Source: a bacterium (GTDB taxonomy: Bacteria > Electryoneota > Electryoneia > Electryoneales > Electryoneaceae). Taken from it: a DNA stretch of 64,000 nt. Position numbers and translations under genes: made by a program. This document shows, one piece after another, positions 47,772 through 56,639 of the stretch (within the stretch, counting starts at the first letter, position 1; each line of letters starts with the position of its first letter). The notes under the pieces are model-generated. The model was not told the origin of the DNA. It saw only the letters and a program-made list of their open reading frames with translations, and did no database searches. Where the stretch lies: NCBI GenBank assembly GCA_963669175.1, contig OY769902.1, positions 640,001 through 704,000 of the forward strand. Reading direction: 5' to 3'.

Positions 47772-48168
47772 CTGGTACTCTCTCCGGTTCTTTAGTGTGG
47801 TAAGAATGAAAGCACGTTTACACTGTTTTGCAATATGCAAACCCCGGCCAGAGAATTTTTCCGGTGATACTGACGTGTCTGGCGCACTACGACGGCGTCT
47901 GTGGGACAATAAGATAATTCACGACCAAGGCAAGCGTAACAGTCATTATATTGCGAGGATACCTTGATGGTGTTTCTTCTTTGGCTATGAAGAACTTCAG
48001 GACAGAAGCGTACAAAACGAATATCAGAGTTTCATTTGGCTGATCAGGATATAGAGGCTACAAAAGTCTCTTTACCTAAATGTTGCTTCTTGTTCCCTGT
48101 TTTGAAGACTCTTACTTTTTAGCAGGGACAAAAACAGGTAAACCAATTCCTTGCGAAGGTGGGACTTC

Positions 48169-48645
48169 ATGTTAAAGATTGAACATGTAAATCCTTTTGT
48201 GAAAAGCGCCACAAAAACCATGACCATGATGCTTGGCTTGCAACCTGCAGCCAAGAAACCCTATTTGAAAGGCACCCAGCCCAATTGGGGGGATGTCAGC
48301 GGTATCATCGGTTTTGCCGGTGAAAAAGTCCATGGCTCCATTGCCCTGTGTATGCCTGACCTGTCTGCCCTGGAAATCTATTCTGCCATGATGGGAGAAA
48401 CAGCAGAGACCATCACGCCCGATGTGCAGGACGCCATTTCGGAACTGGCCAATATTGTCGCCGGAAATGCCAAAACCGTGTTCGCCAAGATGGATCTGCA
48501 TTTTAACATCACCATCCCTACCGTCATTGTTGGCAAAGAACATATGATCTCTTACCAGGATAAGGATATTGTCCTGGTGATTCCATTTGATATGGGCGGC
48601 AGCCCCTTCTACATGGAACTCCTGATCAAGGTTATCGGCGAGTAA
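48169..48645 (+). CDS. cheX: Chemotaxis phosphatase CheX
   Basis: HVNPF, DVSGIIG, DAISELANIVAGNA (ExxN), ITIPTVIVG. Confidence 0.92.
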   Translation: MLKIEHVNPFVKSATKTMTMMLGLQPAAKKPYLKGTQPNWGDVSGIIGFAGEKVHGSIALCMPDLSALEIYSAMMGETAETITPDVQDAISELANIVAGNAKTVFAKMDLHFNITIPTVIVGKEHMISYQDKDIVLVIPFDMGGSPFYMELLIKVIGE

Positions 48646-48667
48646 AACATTAACCCTGTCATTTTCC

Positions 48668-48994
48668 ATGAAACGATCCTCACGCAAAGACGGCCTGGTT
48701 TTCTCCACAGGACAGGCGCCTCCGGAACCGGAAGCAACCGAGTCTGAACCAATCGCCTCGGGGCCACGTGTGGCCGTACTTCGCCTGGAGAAAAAAGGAC
48801 GCGGAGGCAAAGCCGTGTCGGTGGTCGAGCTTCGGAATGTGCCCGGTAGCGAAATTCTGGATCTGGGCAAGAAACTGAAAAGCGGGTGCGGAGTCGGCGG
48901 CACCACAAAAGGTGATCTTATCGAAATCCAGGGCGATCAACGTGAACGCCTGCGTGACCTGCTCCAGAAAGAAGGCCTTCAAGTGAAAGGATAA
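48668..48994 (+). CDS. yciH: SUI1/YciH translation initiation factor-like protein
   Basis: EKKGRGGKAV, LKSGCGVGGT, IEIQGD. Confidence 0.92.
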   Translation: MKRSSRKDGLVFSTGQAPPEPEATESEPIASGPRVAVLRLEKKGRGGKAVSVVELRNVPGSEILDLGKKLKSGCGVGGTTKGDLIEIQGDQRERLRDLLQKEGLQVKG

Positions 48995-49004
48995 CGCTTT
49001 GCTC

Positions 49005-49032
49005 AATTAAGAATTAAGAGTTAAGAATTAAA
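49005..49032. repeat. Heptamer tandem repeat (AATTAAG)x4
   Basis: AATTAAG AATTAAG AGTTAAG AATTAAA. Confidence 0.75.
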
Positions 49033-49151
49033 ATAATGGCGCTGGAATCAGGAATTGGACACTATGACCTGTTTTTTATTTGTGATTGATGCTCGTGTTA
49101 TGTGATCAAGCTGACTTTGCTGCTGTCTTACCCTTTTTCACTTTTTTCACT

Positions 49152-50027
49152 TTACTCTTTTTTCACTTCCTTTAGCTTTATCCTTATATCCAACACCTTC
49201 CCATCCACCACCGCGATCCCGTATTCATTGTTATAATCTTTCCAGACAAGACGATCTGCCTGTTTTTCCTGTACAGTCAAATAGGGATCGAGGTCGGCGA
49301 CCAGGTTGGCGAATGCTTTTTGTGCTGCATCTTCTGTTGGATACTCGATGACCAGACGGCTGAAAGTTGTGCCATCTGCCAGTGCATATTTTCCAGTCAC
49401 ACCGAAGATTTCGCCGCCGAGCAGAAGTATATCTCCGTCGCCGAAGGTGTAGAACGGTTGCAGGGCAAACTCGCCACGTACCAGTTTTTCCGAACCGGCT
49501 ATCAGTCCCTCGGTTGGCAACACATCCAGGAGTGTGATTTCCGGTGAAGCTTCCAATCGGTCCAGAACGGCATTAACAGCCTGAATCAGCACAGGCAGCA
49601 GGTCTTCGCCGCGAGTGTAACTGTTTGCCTTGATGTAACAATTGTTCTTTAACGCGATAACCTGGGAGGTCGAAGTATTGTTGCGAGCGTTGACTCTTTT
49701 ATCCTGCGCTTCCTTGCCGCATTTCGCCAGGTAAATTCCCAACGCCGCTTCAGGACTTGCCATTACATAGATCTCCAGCCCGATTTCGGCCTCGCCATGT
49801 TGATAACGCTGTACTTTCAGCTCGGTGAAACCGTATTCCAGGAACAGTTCCGCACCACCGTTGATATGGCCATACAGGTCTTCCGCGGTAAATTCCCTGT
49901 AACTCGACGGCGCTATAGTCCACCCGGAGCTGAACCCATCGGACGGCATCACCGGGGCGGCATAGGTCGCTACAGACAACAGCATACATACAGAAAACAG
50001 ACCAGCAATGAACTTCTGTATAGTCAT
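49152..50027 (-). CDS. Exported protein, DUF6599-like
   Basis: Signal peptide MTIQKFIAGLFSVCMLLSVATYA; LYGHINGGAELFLEYGF, EIYVM..PEAALGIY. Alternative GTG start at 50036. Confidence 0.7.
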   Translation of the reverse strand: MTIQKFIAGLFSVCMLLSVATYAAPVMPSDGFSSGWTIAPSSYREFTAEDLYGHINGGAELFLEYGFTELKVQRYQHGEAEIGLEIYVMASPEAALGIYLAKCGKEAQDKRVNARNNTSTSQVIALKNNCYIKANSYTRGEDLLPVLIQAVNAVLDRLEASPEITLLDVLPTEGLIAGSEKLVRGEFALQPFYTFGDGDILLLGGEIFGVTGKYALADGTTFSRLVIEYPTEDAAQKAFANLVADLDPYLTVQEKQADRLVWKDYNNEYGIAVVDGKVLDIRIKLKEVKKE

Positions 50028-50037
50028 GGAATTCACA

Positions 50038-50580
50038 TCAGTCCTCGTTCGCTTCGTGTTCTTGTTCTTGATCTTCCATTTCGCCCTGCTCTTGAACCGT
50101 AGCAATATCAGCAGGTTCATCCGGCATGGTATACTCGCTACGGATTTCCGTATGCCTGATCTTACCCCCGGCATTCCCGGTTATTGCCATCAATGTTGTG
50201 GTTGCCAATACCAGCGCCAGCACAACCACCCAGGCCCATATCGGTGTTTCAAACTGTTTCCTGATAGCCAGGAAAAGCAGTCCCAGTGCGGCAATACCTG
50301 TGATAATTCCGGCGATATTAGCCGTTTCCGCCATTTCTTCATGTTCATGTATAACCTCATGGGTCACACCAGGTAACCCCTCAACAAGGTCTTCTGCACC
50401 CTCCCCGCTTTCCAGGGACAAAACCGAACCAATGGCGCTGATAAACAGTACCAGCACAACAGCGGTTGTTATTCCCTTTTCATCGCGTTTCCACAACCCA
50501 ATCAGGGTCAGGATGACCCCGATTCCAAAACCGATAATGGGCACATGGTTTACCAGCAGGTGAAAATGAGCGGCGTTCAT
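50038..50580 (-). CDS. His-containing 4-TM membrane protein (DUF2231-like)
   Basis: GGGAGG RBS before ATG 50580; HFHLLVNHVPI, SGEGAE, IHEHEEMA, GGKIRHTEIR. Confidence 0.75.
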   Translation of the reverse strand: MNAAHFHLLVNHVPIIGFGIGVILTLIGLWKRDEKGITTAVVLVLFISAIGSVLSLESGEGAEDLVEGLPGVTHEVIHEHEEMAETANIAGIITGIAALGLLFLAIRKQFETPIWAWVVVLALVLATTTLMAITGNAGGKIRHTEIRSEYTMPDEPADIATVQEQGEMEDQEQEHEANED

Positions 50581-50680
50581 GTTTTCCTCCCGTATTTTAC
50601 GGCGAACCAACATCAAGGTGCAAAAAGGGAACACGACGGGCAAGGCTGGACATGAAAAAAAGTTGTATTTGAAAACCCGG

Positions 50681-52186
50681 TTACCAAATCGGTGATACAG
50701 GACGGAAGTGTATTCCCAATCCGGCCAGCATACGCACATTTGTTTGCAGGCGCTGAAAAAAGGCGGTTGGATCTTCTATCTGATGCCCGCCCCAGAGCGT
50801 TTCGCTTAATGCGCACAAACGCGGCAATAACATGTAGTGCAAGTGATTTTCGGTACTGATCCGCTCGGTCCAGACATTGGCCTGTCCCCCCAGCACCTTG
50901 CTGCGTTCAGAGGGATCGATACCTTCCGGGACAGGATTGAAGCTCATGACATTTTCCAGGGTCAGCACTGCGTCAAAAGCTTCCGGTTCGCCACTTTCGG
51001 CTTGAGCGTAGTCAAAATAGCAGTGGCTGACAGGTGACATGACGACATGATGTCCCTGTTTGACGGCATTGAGCCCGTGATCCACTCCACGCCATGCCAT
51101 AACAATCGCACCCTCCGGCGCGTCACGGTCCAGGATCTCGTCCCAGCCAACCAGCGTTTTGCCTTTACGTTTCAACAAATCCCCCACCCACCGATTGAGC
51201 CAGCCCTGCAAGTAATCAATCCCCGGCAGGTTTTCTTTCTGCGCCAGCGCTTTGCAACGATCGCAGGTCTGCCACTGTTCCGAAGGACACTCATCACCGC
51301 CGATATGCACCCAGGGACCGGGGAACAGGGCGGTAACTTCGTTCAGTACTGTTTCCAGGAAGGTGAGCGTTTCGGGATTGGACGGGCACAGCACATCATT
51401 GAAAATACCCCATGTGGTAGGCACTTCCACCGTCTGACCGTGACAGGACAATTCCGGGTACGCCGCCAGCACTGCGCTGGCATGGCCGGGCAGCTCTATT
51501 TCCGGTACAATGGTGATTCCCAGCTTCTCCGCATACTTCACCACGCGCCGAATGTCATCTTTGGTGTAGTAGCCGCCGCAACGAATGCCGTCTGCTTCGA
51601 TACGATACGCGCCAACTTCGGTCAACTTTGGGTAGGCGTCGATCTGGATGCGCCAACCCTGATCGTCTGTCAGGTGCCAATGGAAGATGTTGATCTTGTA
51701 CAGGGTAAGGATGTCCAGAAATCGTTCGACCACCTCCACCGGGAAAAAATGACGAGATACATCCAGGTGCATCCCCCGCCACTTCAGCGCTGGGGCATCT
51801 TCCATATGGCAACAGGGTATTGTGATTTCTGTCCCTGATGTTTCTGCGTTTGCGATTAGCTGCAACAGGCTGGCAATACCGTGCATGATTCCCTGATAGT
51901 CAGGGGCGTCCAGTTGGATGTGATCCGGTTCGATGGATAGCGTGTAGGATTCTTCCGCTCTGCCGGTGTCATTGGTCAGATTCAGTTGAATTACAGGTGA
52001 TTTGCCTGCTTGAGTGCTGGATACGATTCGAACGGCTATATCAGGTATCAGGGATTTTACAGTACGCTGAAAGAAGTCGGCAGCGGGAAGCAGTTCCTGT
52101 TGAACACAATGAAGCGTCAACGGCTGCGTTCTATCGAATGTAGCATTTCCTTCCATTCGCTCAAACTGTACTGGCTTCGGGATCAT
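50681..52186 (-). CDS. GH20 beta-N-acetylhexosaminidase (no signal peptide)
   Basis: WRGMHLDVSRHF, FHWHLTDDQGWR, PEIELPGH, catalytic HIGGDE, GGQANVWTE. Confidence 0.95.
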   Translation of the reverse strand: MIPKPVQFERMEGNATFDRTQPLTLHCVQQELLPAADFFQRTVKSLIPDIAVRIVSSTQAGKSPVIQLNLTNDTGRAEESYTLSIEPDHIQLDAPDYQGIMHGIASLLQLIANAETSGTEITIPCCHMEDAPALKWRGMHLDVSRHFFPVEVVERFLDILTLYKINIFHWHLTDDQGWRIQIDAYPKLTEVGAYRIEADGIRCGGYYTKDDIRRVVKYAEKLGITIVPEIELPGHASAVLAAYPELSCHGQTVEVPTTWGIFNDVLCPSNPETLTFLETVLNEVTALFPGPWVHIGGDECPSEQWQTCDRCKALAQKENLPGIDYLQGWLNRWVGDLLKRKGKTLVGWDEILDRDAPEGAIVMAWRGVDHGLNAVKQGHHVVMSPVSHCYFDYAQAESGEPEAFDAVLTLENVMSFNPVPEGIDPSERSKVLGGQANVWTERISTENHLHYMLLPRLCALSETLWGGHQIEDPTAFFQRLQTNVRMLAGLGIHFRPVSPIW

Positions 52187-52248
52187 CGGTTTCTCGTTTT
52201 TGTTCCGTTACAACAACCTCAATCTGCTCTTGAAAAGCGTCCTCAGGC

Positions 52249-52533
52249 GCCCAGGGAGTTCGTTCCCTGGGCTTCAAAGGGATGAAAACCGAAGGACTGA
52301 TTCTTTTATTTTTTTAGAATAGACCACCGCCGGGCAATCGCCTTCGCAAGCTACGGCGCTTTCAAGCCGGCGGGGCCAAAAGGATACTCACGTCGATTCT
52401 AGAGATCCCCGTTCAAGCCGGGGATGACATGGTATTTGGCTGCCTTTTCCGCTTCGTTTCAGCACGCTTCAAGCTGGCGGGGCCAACGTGAGTCTTCGCT
52501 TCGCTACAGCGTGCTTCAAGCCGGCGGGGCCAA
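52249..52533. repeat. Intergenic REP-like repeats (family C)
   Basis: TTCAAGC(C/T)GGCGGGGCCAA at 52361, 52468 and 52515; variant TTCAAGCCGGGGATGAC at 52412; hairpin GCCCAGGGA-gttcgt-TCCCTGGGC at 52249. Confidence 0.75.
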
Positions 52534-52540
52534 TACAGAT

Positions 52541-53557
52541 TTACTCTTCCTCGTTGACCCAGATGTTGGGGTATTCCTTCCACCCGATCACACTGGAAGA
52601 CACCCGCCAGAAGCCGTAATTGCCGTTTTCATCCTTGGGGCGCATATTTTCGATTTTGAAGCGTACCGTATGTTTCCCCGGGGTCAGGTGGTCAGTTAAG
52701 TCGATTTCCACCGGAATCACCAAGCGTCCCGGGCACCACCCGCTACGGCTGTAATCCGAGGACCAGACATTGTTCGTCCACTTCCCCGTATACGGATTCA
52801 GGCCACGGTTTTCCCGGCAGTCATCCCGCCACGGGTGATAGCGAAATACCGGCACATCGTCCACGTAAATCACATTCGGCTTGGATACGAATTCATCCTC
52901 GTCACGTCCGTCGGTGCAATGCCCGGTCGAGGTGTAGACCATCACCACACGTTCCAATCCGTCCGGAATATCAACCGTGACCTCGACACCATCCGGCATT
53001 TCCTGACGGTTGAACTCTTTCTCTTCGTAAATCCCTCGCGCCCAGTCCGGGTTTTCATCCTCTTCCACTTTTCGGTACTCGAGCGCCAGGTCGACTTTCC
53101 AGCCGGGACGTCCCCATGTATCCACAAATACACGAAATGTCTGTTTCCCGCGCAGCAGATACTGAAACTCGGACAAGTCGACTTCGTGTTCAGTCGGTCC
53201 GCCAAACGCAGTCATGAAGCGGATCAATTCAAGCAGGCTGCCATCTTCCTGCACAAGGCAGATGTTCCCGGCACGGTCATAACGGTCCTGAACCTCAACT
53301 TCGCTTTTCGGGATGGGCAGCAAACGCAGAAATGCCATGATCTCCACATGTTCCCAATCGGGCAGATCCGCTTCATGGAATACCATGCGCCCGTTATCCC
53401 CCGCGCTGTCCGGGGCTGTGCAATACTCCGCTGCATTGTCTTCGGAAAAATGAAGTGTCTGCTCGTTAAAAACATGCACCACTTCAGCATTACCCGCCGC
53501 AGCCCATCCGGTTATTGTAACCAGCCCAAGTATCACCAGCCAAAACCGCTTCATCAT
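52541..53557 (-). CDS. Peptide-N-glycosidase F-like protein, exported
   Basis: Signal peptide; DRYDR, ELIRFMT, TGH..DEF, WRDDC..N, SRSGWCPG parallel the PNGase F motifs DEWDR, EIGRFIT and RAGWCPG. Confidence 0.8.
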   Translation of the reverse strand: MMKRFWLVILGLVTITGWAAAGNAEVVHVFNEQTLHFSEDNAAEYCTAPDSAGDNGRMVFHEADLPDWEHVEIMAFLRLLPIPKSEVEVQDRYDRAGNICLVQEDGSLLELIRFMTAFGGPTEHEVDLSEFQYLLRGKQTFRVFVDTWGRPGWKVDLALEYRKVEEDENPDWARGIYEEKEFNRQEMPDGVEVTVDIPDGLERVVMVYTSTGHCTDGRDEDEFVSKPNVIYVDDVPVFRYHPWRDDCRENRGLNPYTGKWTNNVWSSDYSRSGWCPGRLVIPVEIDLTDHLTPGKHTVRFKIENMRPKDENGNYGFWRVSSSVIGWKEYPNIWVNEEE

Positions 53558-53558
53558 G

Positions 53559-56500
53559 CTATGCCTTTATCTTGTACGTCCGAATCTCGAATGCTGTCAA
53601 CTCAAGAGGTAGTGGATTCTTCAACTCGCCGGAGATGTTGTTTTCCATCAAGTCCGCTTCCACAATACTGCATTTATCCAGGGCGATTGTCAGTTTACCG
53701 GTTGACTTGCGGCCTCTTGTTTCCACAAGCCGCAGTATCCACACATCCTCGTCTTCCGCCTTCTTCACCACTTCCAGCGAGATGCCTTCACTTTCCAGTT
53801 TCCACGGGAAATCTTGTTTTGAAGTTGTTTTACCTTCAAACAGCAACGGTTCACGGTTCAGCATCGCCGCTCGCGCCATCACATCCGCATCGGCCAGATC
53901 GCCCCTGTGCGGGTACAGGCTATAGTTGAAATATTGCAGACCCTGGTCGGCATCGGGGTCAGGATAGGTCGGGGCACGCAGCAGGTTCAGGTCCAGCACG
54001 CCATCAGCCAGACGGTAGCCGTACTTGCAATCGTTCATCAGGGCGACGCCACGGTCACGATCCGACAAGTCCGCGTAGCGTTGCCCGACACACTCAAACC
54101 GTGCCCAGTCCCATGACGTGTTACGGTGTGTGGGACGGTAAACATGGCCGTACTGAATGTCAAACGCTTCCCGTTCGGTGTGGATATTCACCGGGAATGC
54201 GACACGTAACATCCGGTGTTTTTCCCGCCAGTCAACCGTTGTGGCGAAACGCAGTTCTTTGGTCCCCTCCGCCAGGTATACATCCTGCGTGACCGTGGAG
54301 CTGCCAATGGTGAACTCGAAATGCAGTCCCTGGAAAGCATCGCCACGGCTCAACGGTTCCCAAGCCGTACACTGAGCTATCTCAAGGATGTTCTTTTCGT
54401 AAAACAGGTCCACATCCCACGCATCCCAGTCATTGGGACGGTCATTGTACAACGACAGCACATTACCCTTTGCGCCATCTGGCAGGATGTTTTCACCGGT
54501 TTCCAGGTCAACGGCTTCGATCAGGGTTCCGTTTGCATCAAACCGGTAACGGATCACCTCATTCTCCAGCATCAGCTCGCTGACGGCATGGGTATCAACA
54601 TCGTGTTGATGTGTTTTTCTGAGGGCAAGGATTGACAAGCCCGGCATATCCACTCGAGCGAAGGCTTTGCCGTGATCCGCCTGTACCGGAATCAAATTGC
54701 CTTCTTCGTCGATCAGCCCGGCGTCAGGATCGAAACTTTCCGGCAATTCCACCAGTCCACTGTAAGGCTGTGAAAGGGTATTAACCAGCGCCAGCCCGTC
54801 CGGGTCATCGTCAAATGCCTGGTCAGCAATACGTTGCATCAGATCACGGCAGCTTTCATGGCATGCTTCAAATTCCTGTTCCGCAACACGGTAAACCTCG
54901 GTAATACTTGAACCGGGCAGGATGTCATGGAACTGGTTGATCAGCAGTTGTTTCCAGGTCTGTTCAAGTTCTTCGGCAGGATAAGCGTTGACAGGCAACA
55001 GGGAAGCCAGGATTTCTGTCGCTGTCAGTTGCTGTTCCAACTTTCGGTTGTGGCGCTTTATCCGGGATTGGGTAGTCAATGTGCCGCGATGAATCTCGAG
55101 ATAGAGTTCCCCGGTCCAGCGATCCAGTTTATCCTGGTAATTTTCCAGGTCGTGGAAGAAATCACGTGCGGTGCCAAAATGTACTTTCGGAGCGCCTTCC
55201 ATGTTTGCCATTCGTGATCCGGTTTCGATGAATTCCGCTTTGGGACCGCCGCCGCCATCTCCCACGCCAAACAGGGACAAAAAGGTTTCCAGGCGGTCTT
55301 TTTCACGGAACTTGTCTCTTCCGGGCACGAGATACTGGGGATTAAGCCGACTGCTGTAATTATTCTCCGGCGGGAAATGGGTCAGCACTTCGCTGCCGTC
55401 AATCCCTCGCCAGGTGAACGTGTTATGCGGGAATTCGTTGAACTGGTTCCAGGATATTTTCTGAGTCAGGAAGAAACGTATACCGCTCTTTTGCAAAATC
55501 TGGGGCAAGGCGGCGGAGTAGCCGAACACGTCCGGCAGCCACAGGTTGTCCACATCCACACCGAATTCACGCTGGAAGAACTTCTTCCCGTGCAGGATCT
55601 GGCGCACCATGGATTCACCGGAGATGATATTGCAGTCGGCCTCAACCCACATGCCGCCCTGCGGTTCCCAATTGCCCCGCTTGACACATTCCTTCACACG
55701 TTCGTACAGCTCGGGATAATATTCCTTCACAAACTGGTAATGCTGCGGCTGGGAAGCGCCGAAAACGTAGCCAGTATAACGCTGGATCAGGTCTACCTGC
55801 GACGCGAAGGTGCGTCCGCATTTACGGACGGTTTCGCATACCGGCCAGAGCCAGCCGGTGTCGATATGGGCATGCCCAACGGCGATGGTTGACAAGTCGG
55901 ACGCTGCCGCCGGCTTGCCCAGTTCATCAGCCAGGCGAGCGCGGCACTTCTTCACATTCGCCGGATTGTCCGCATACAGGTCTATGGCATCACTGGCGCA
56001 GGTGATCAGGCGAGCGCGACGAACCCCATTCTCCGGTAAGGTGCCGATCATCCCGGTGACTATGTTCAGATCCAGCCAGAGATACCAGTGTTCACGGTCG
56101 AAACGTGAGATGTAAGCGTGGTTCAGGCTTGCGTCGTATTTGCCGTAACGCTTGTCAGAATCCTGCTCCGGGTCTTGCTCGGTGAACATCCCAAACAGGG
56201 CATTAGCCGATGCTTCGACATAGAAATCCGGCGTCTTGTTGCTTCGCATGGCTTCCGTCAGCGGTACGAGATCACGGGCGAAGTCAAGGTCAAACACGGA
56301 ACCATTGGTGATGCCCTGCAGCGCGATTCCATCCGGCGAAAAAACCAGCCCTTCGCCGCCGATATCGATACGTGCAACCACTTCCGTACCGTCCCACTCG
56401 GCAGGAACAGTCCCGGTCATGTGCAGCCAGGCGCGTTTCCAGTTCTTTGCCCAGGTGTCGCCCAGGGAAAGTGGCTGATAAGCCAGTGAACGGCACTCGC

Positions 56501-56633
56501 TGAACGGGACGCTTGCCTCATCAGGAGCGTAGTCAACCTGCAAATCGATACGATCCGGCAGGACACGCTTTCCGATTAAGGCCTGGAAATGTTCTATCCT
56601 GCGGACATGCATCTGCTCAAGTTTCTTTTCCAT
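53559..56633 (-). CDS. GH38 alpha-mannosidase (cytoplasmic type)
   Basis: HAHIDTGWLWP, GGMWVEAD, WLPDVFGYS, GDGGGGP, GELYLEIHRGT, NQFHDILPGS; no signal peptide. Confidence 0.95.
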   Translation of the reverse strand: MEKKLEQMHVRRIEHFQALIGKRVLPDRIDLQVDYAPDEASVPFSECRSLAYQPLSLGDTWAKNWKRAWLHMTGTVPAEWDGTEVVARIDIGGEGLVFSPDGIALQGITNGSVFDLDFARDLVPLTEAMRSNKTPDFYVEASANALFGMFTEQDPEQDSDKRYGKYDASLNHAYISRFDREHWYLWLDLNIVTGMIGTLPENGVRRARLITCASDAIDLYADNPANVKKCRARLADELGKPAAASDLSTIAVGHAHIDTGWLWPVCETVRKCGRTFASQVDLIQRYTGYVFGASQPQHYQFVKEYYPELYERVKECVKRGNWEPQGGMWVEADCNIISGESMVRQILHGKKFFQREFGVDVDNLWLPDVFGYSAALPQILQKSGIRFFLTQKISWNQFNEFPHNTFTWRGIDGSEVLTHFPPENNYSSRLNPQYLVPGRDKFREKDRLETFLSLFGVGDGGGGPKAEFIETGSRMANMEGAPKVHFGTARDFFHDLENYQDKLDRWTGELYLEIHRGTLTTQSRIKRHNRKLEQQLTATEILASLLPVNAYPAEELEQTWKQLLINQFHDILPGSSITEVYRVAEQEFEACHESCRDLMQRIADQAFDDDPDGLALVNTLSQPYSGLVELPESFDPDAGLIDEEGNLIPVQADHGKAFARVDMPGLSILALRKTHQHDVDTHAVSELMLENEVIRYRFDANGTLIEAVDLETGENILPDGAKGNVLSLYNDRPNDWDAWDVDLFYEKNILEIAQCTAWEPLSRGDAFQGLHFEFTIGSSTVTQDVYLAEGTKELRFATTVDWREKHRMLRVAFPVNIHTEREAFDIQYGHVYRPTHRNTSWDWARFECVGQRYADLSDRDRGVALMNDCKYGYRLADGVLDLNLLRAPTYPDPDADQGLQYFNYSLYPHRGDLADADVMARAAMLNREPLLFEGKTTSKQDFPWKLESEGISLEVVKKAEDEDVWILRLVETRGRKSTGKLTIALDKCSIVEADLMENNISGELKNPLPLELTAFEIRTYKIKA

Positions 56634-56639
56634 GTACAC

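Noticed and set aside
47772-47909. N-terminal extensions given by the ORF track (also 11071, 31402, 44945, 50174, 50739)
   Set aside because: Downstream starts have better ribosome sites and begin at the signal peptide or family N-terminus.
52340-52535. CRISPR array
   Set aside because: Only three or four 19-nt repeats with irregular spacing and related flanks; no cas genes.
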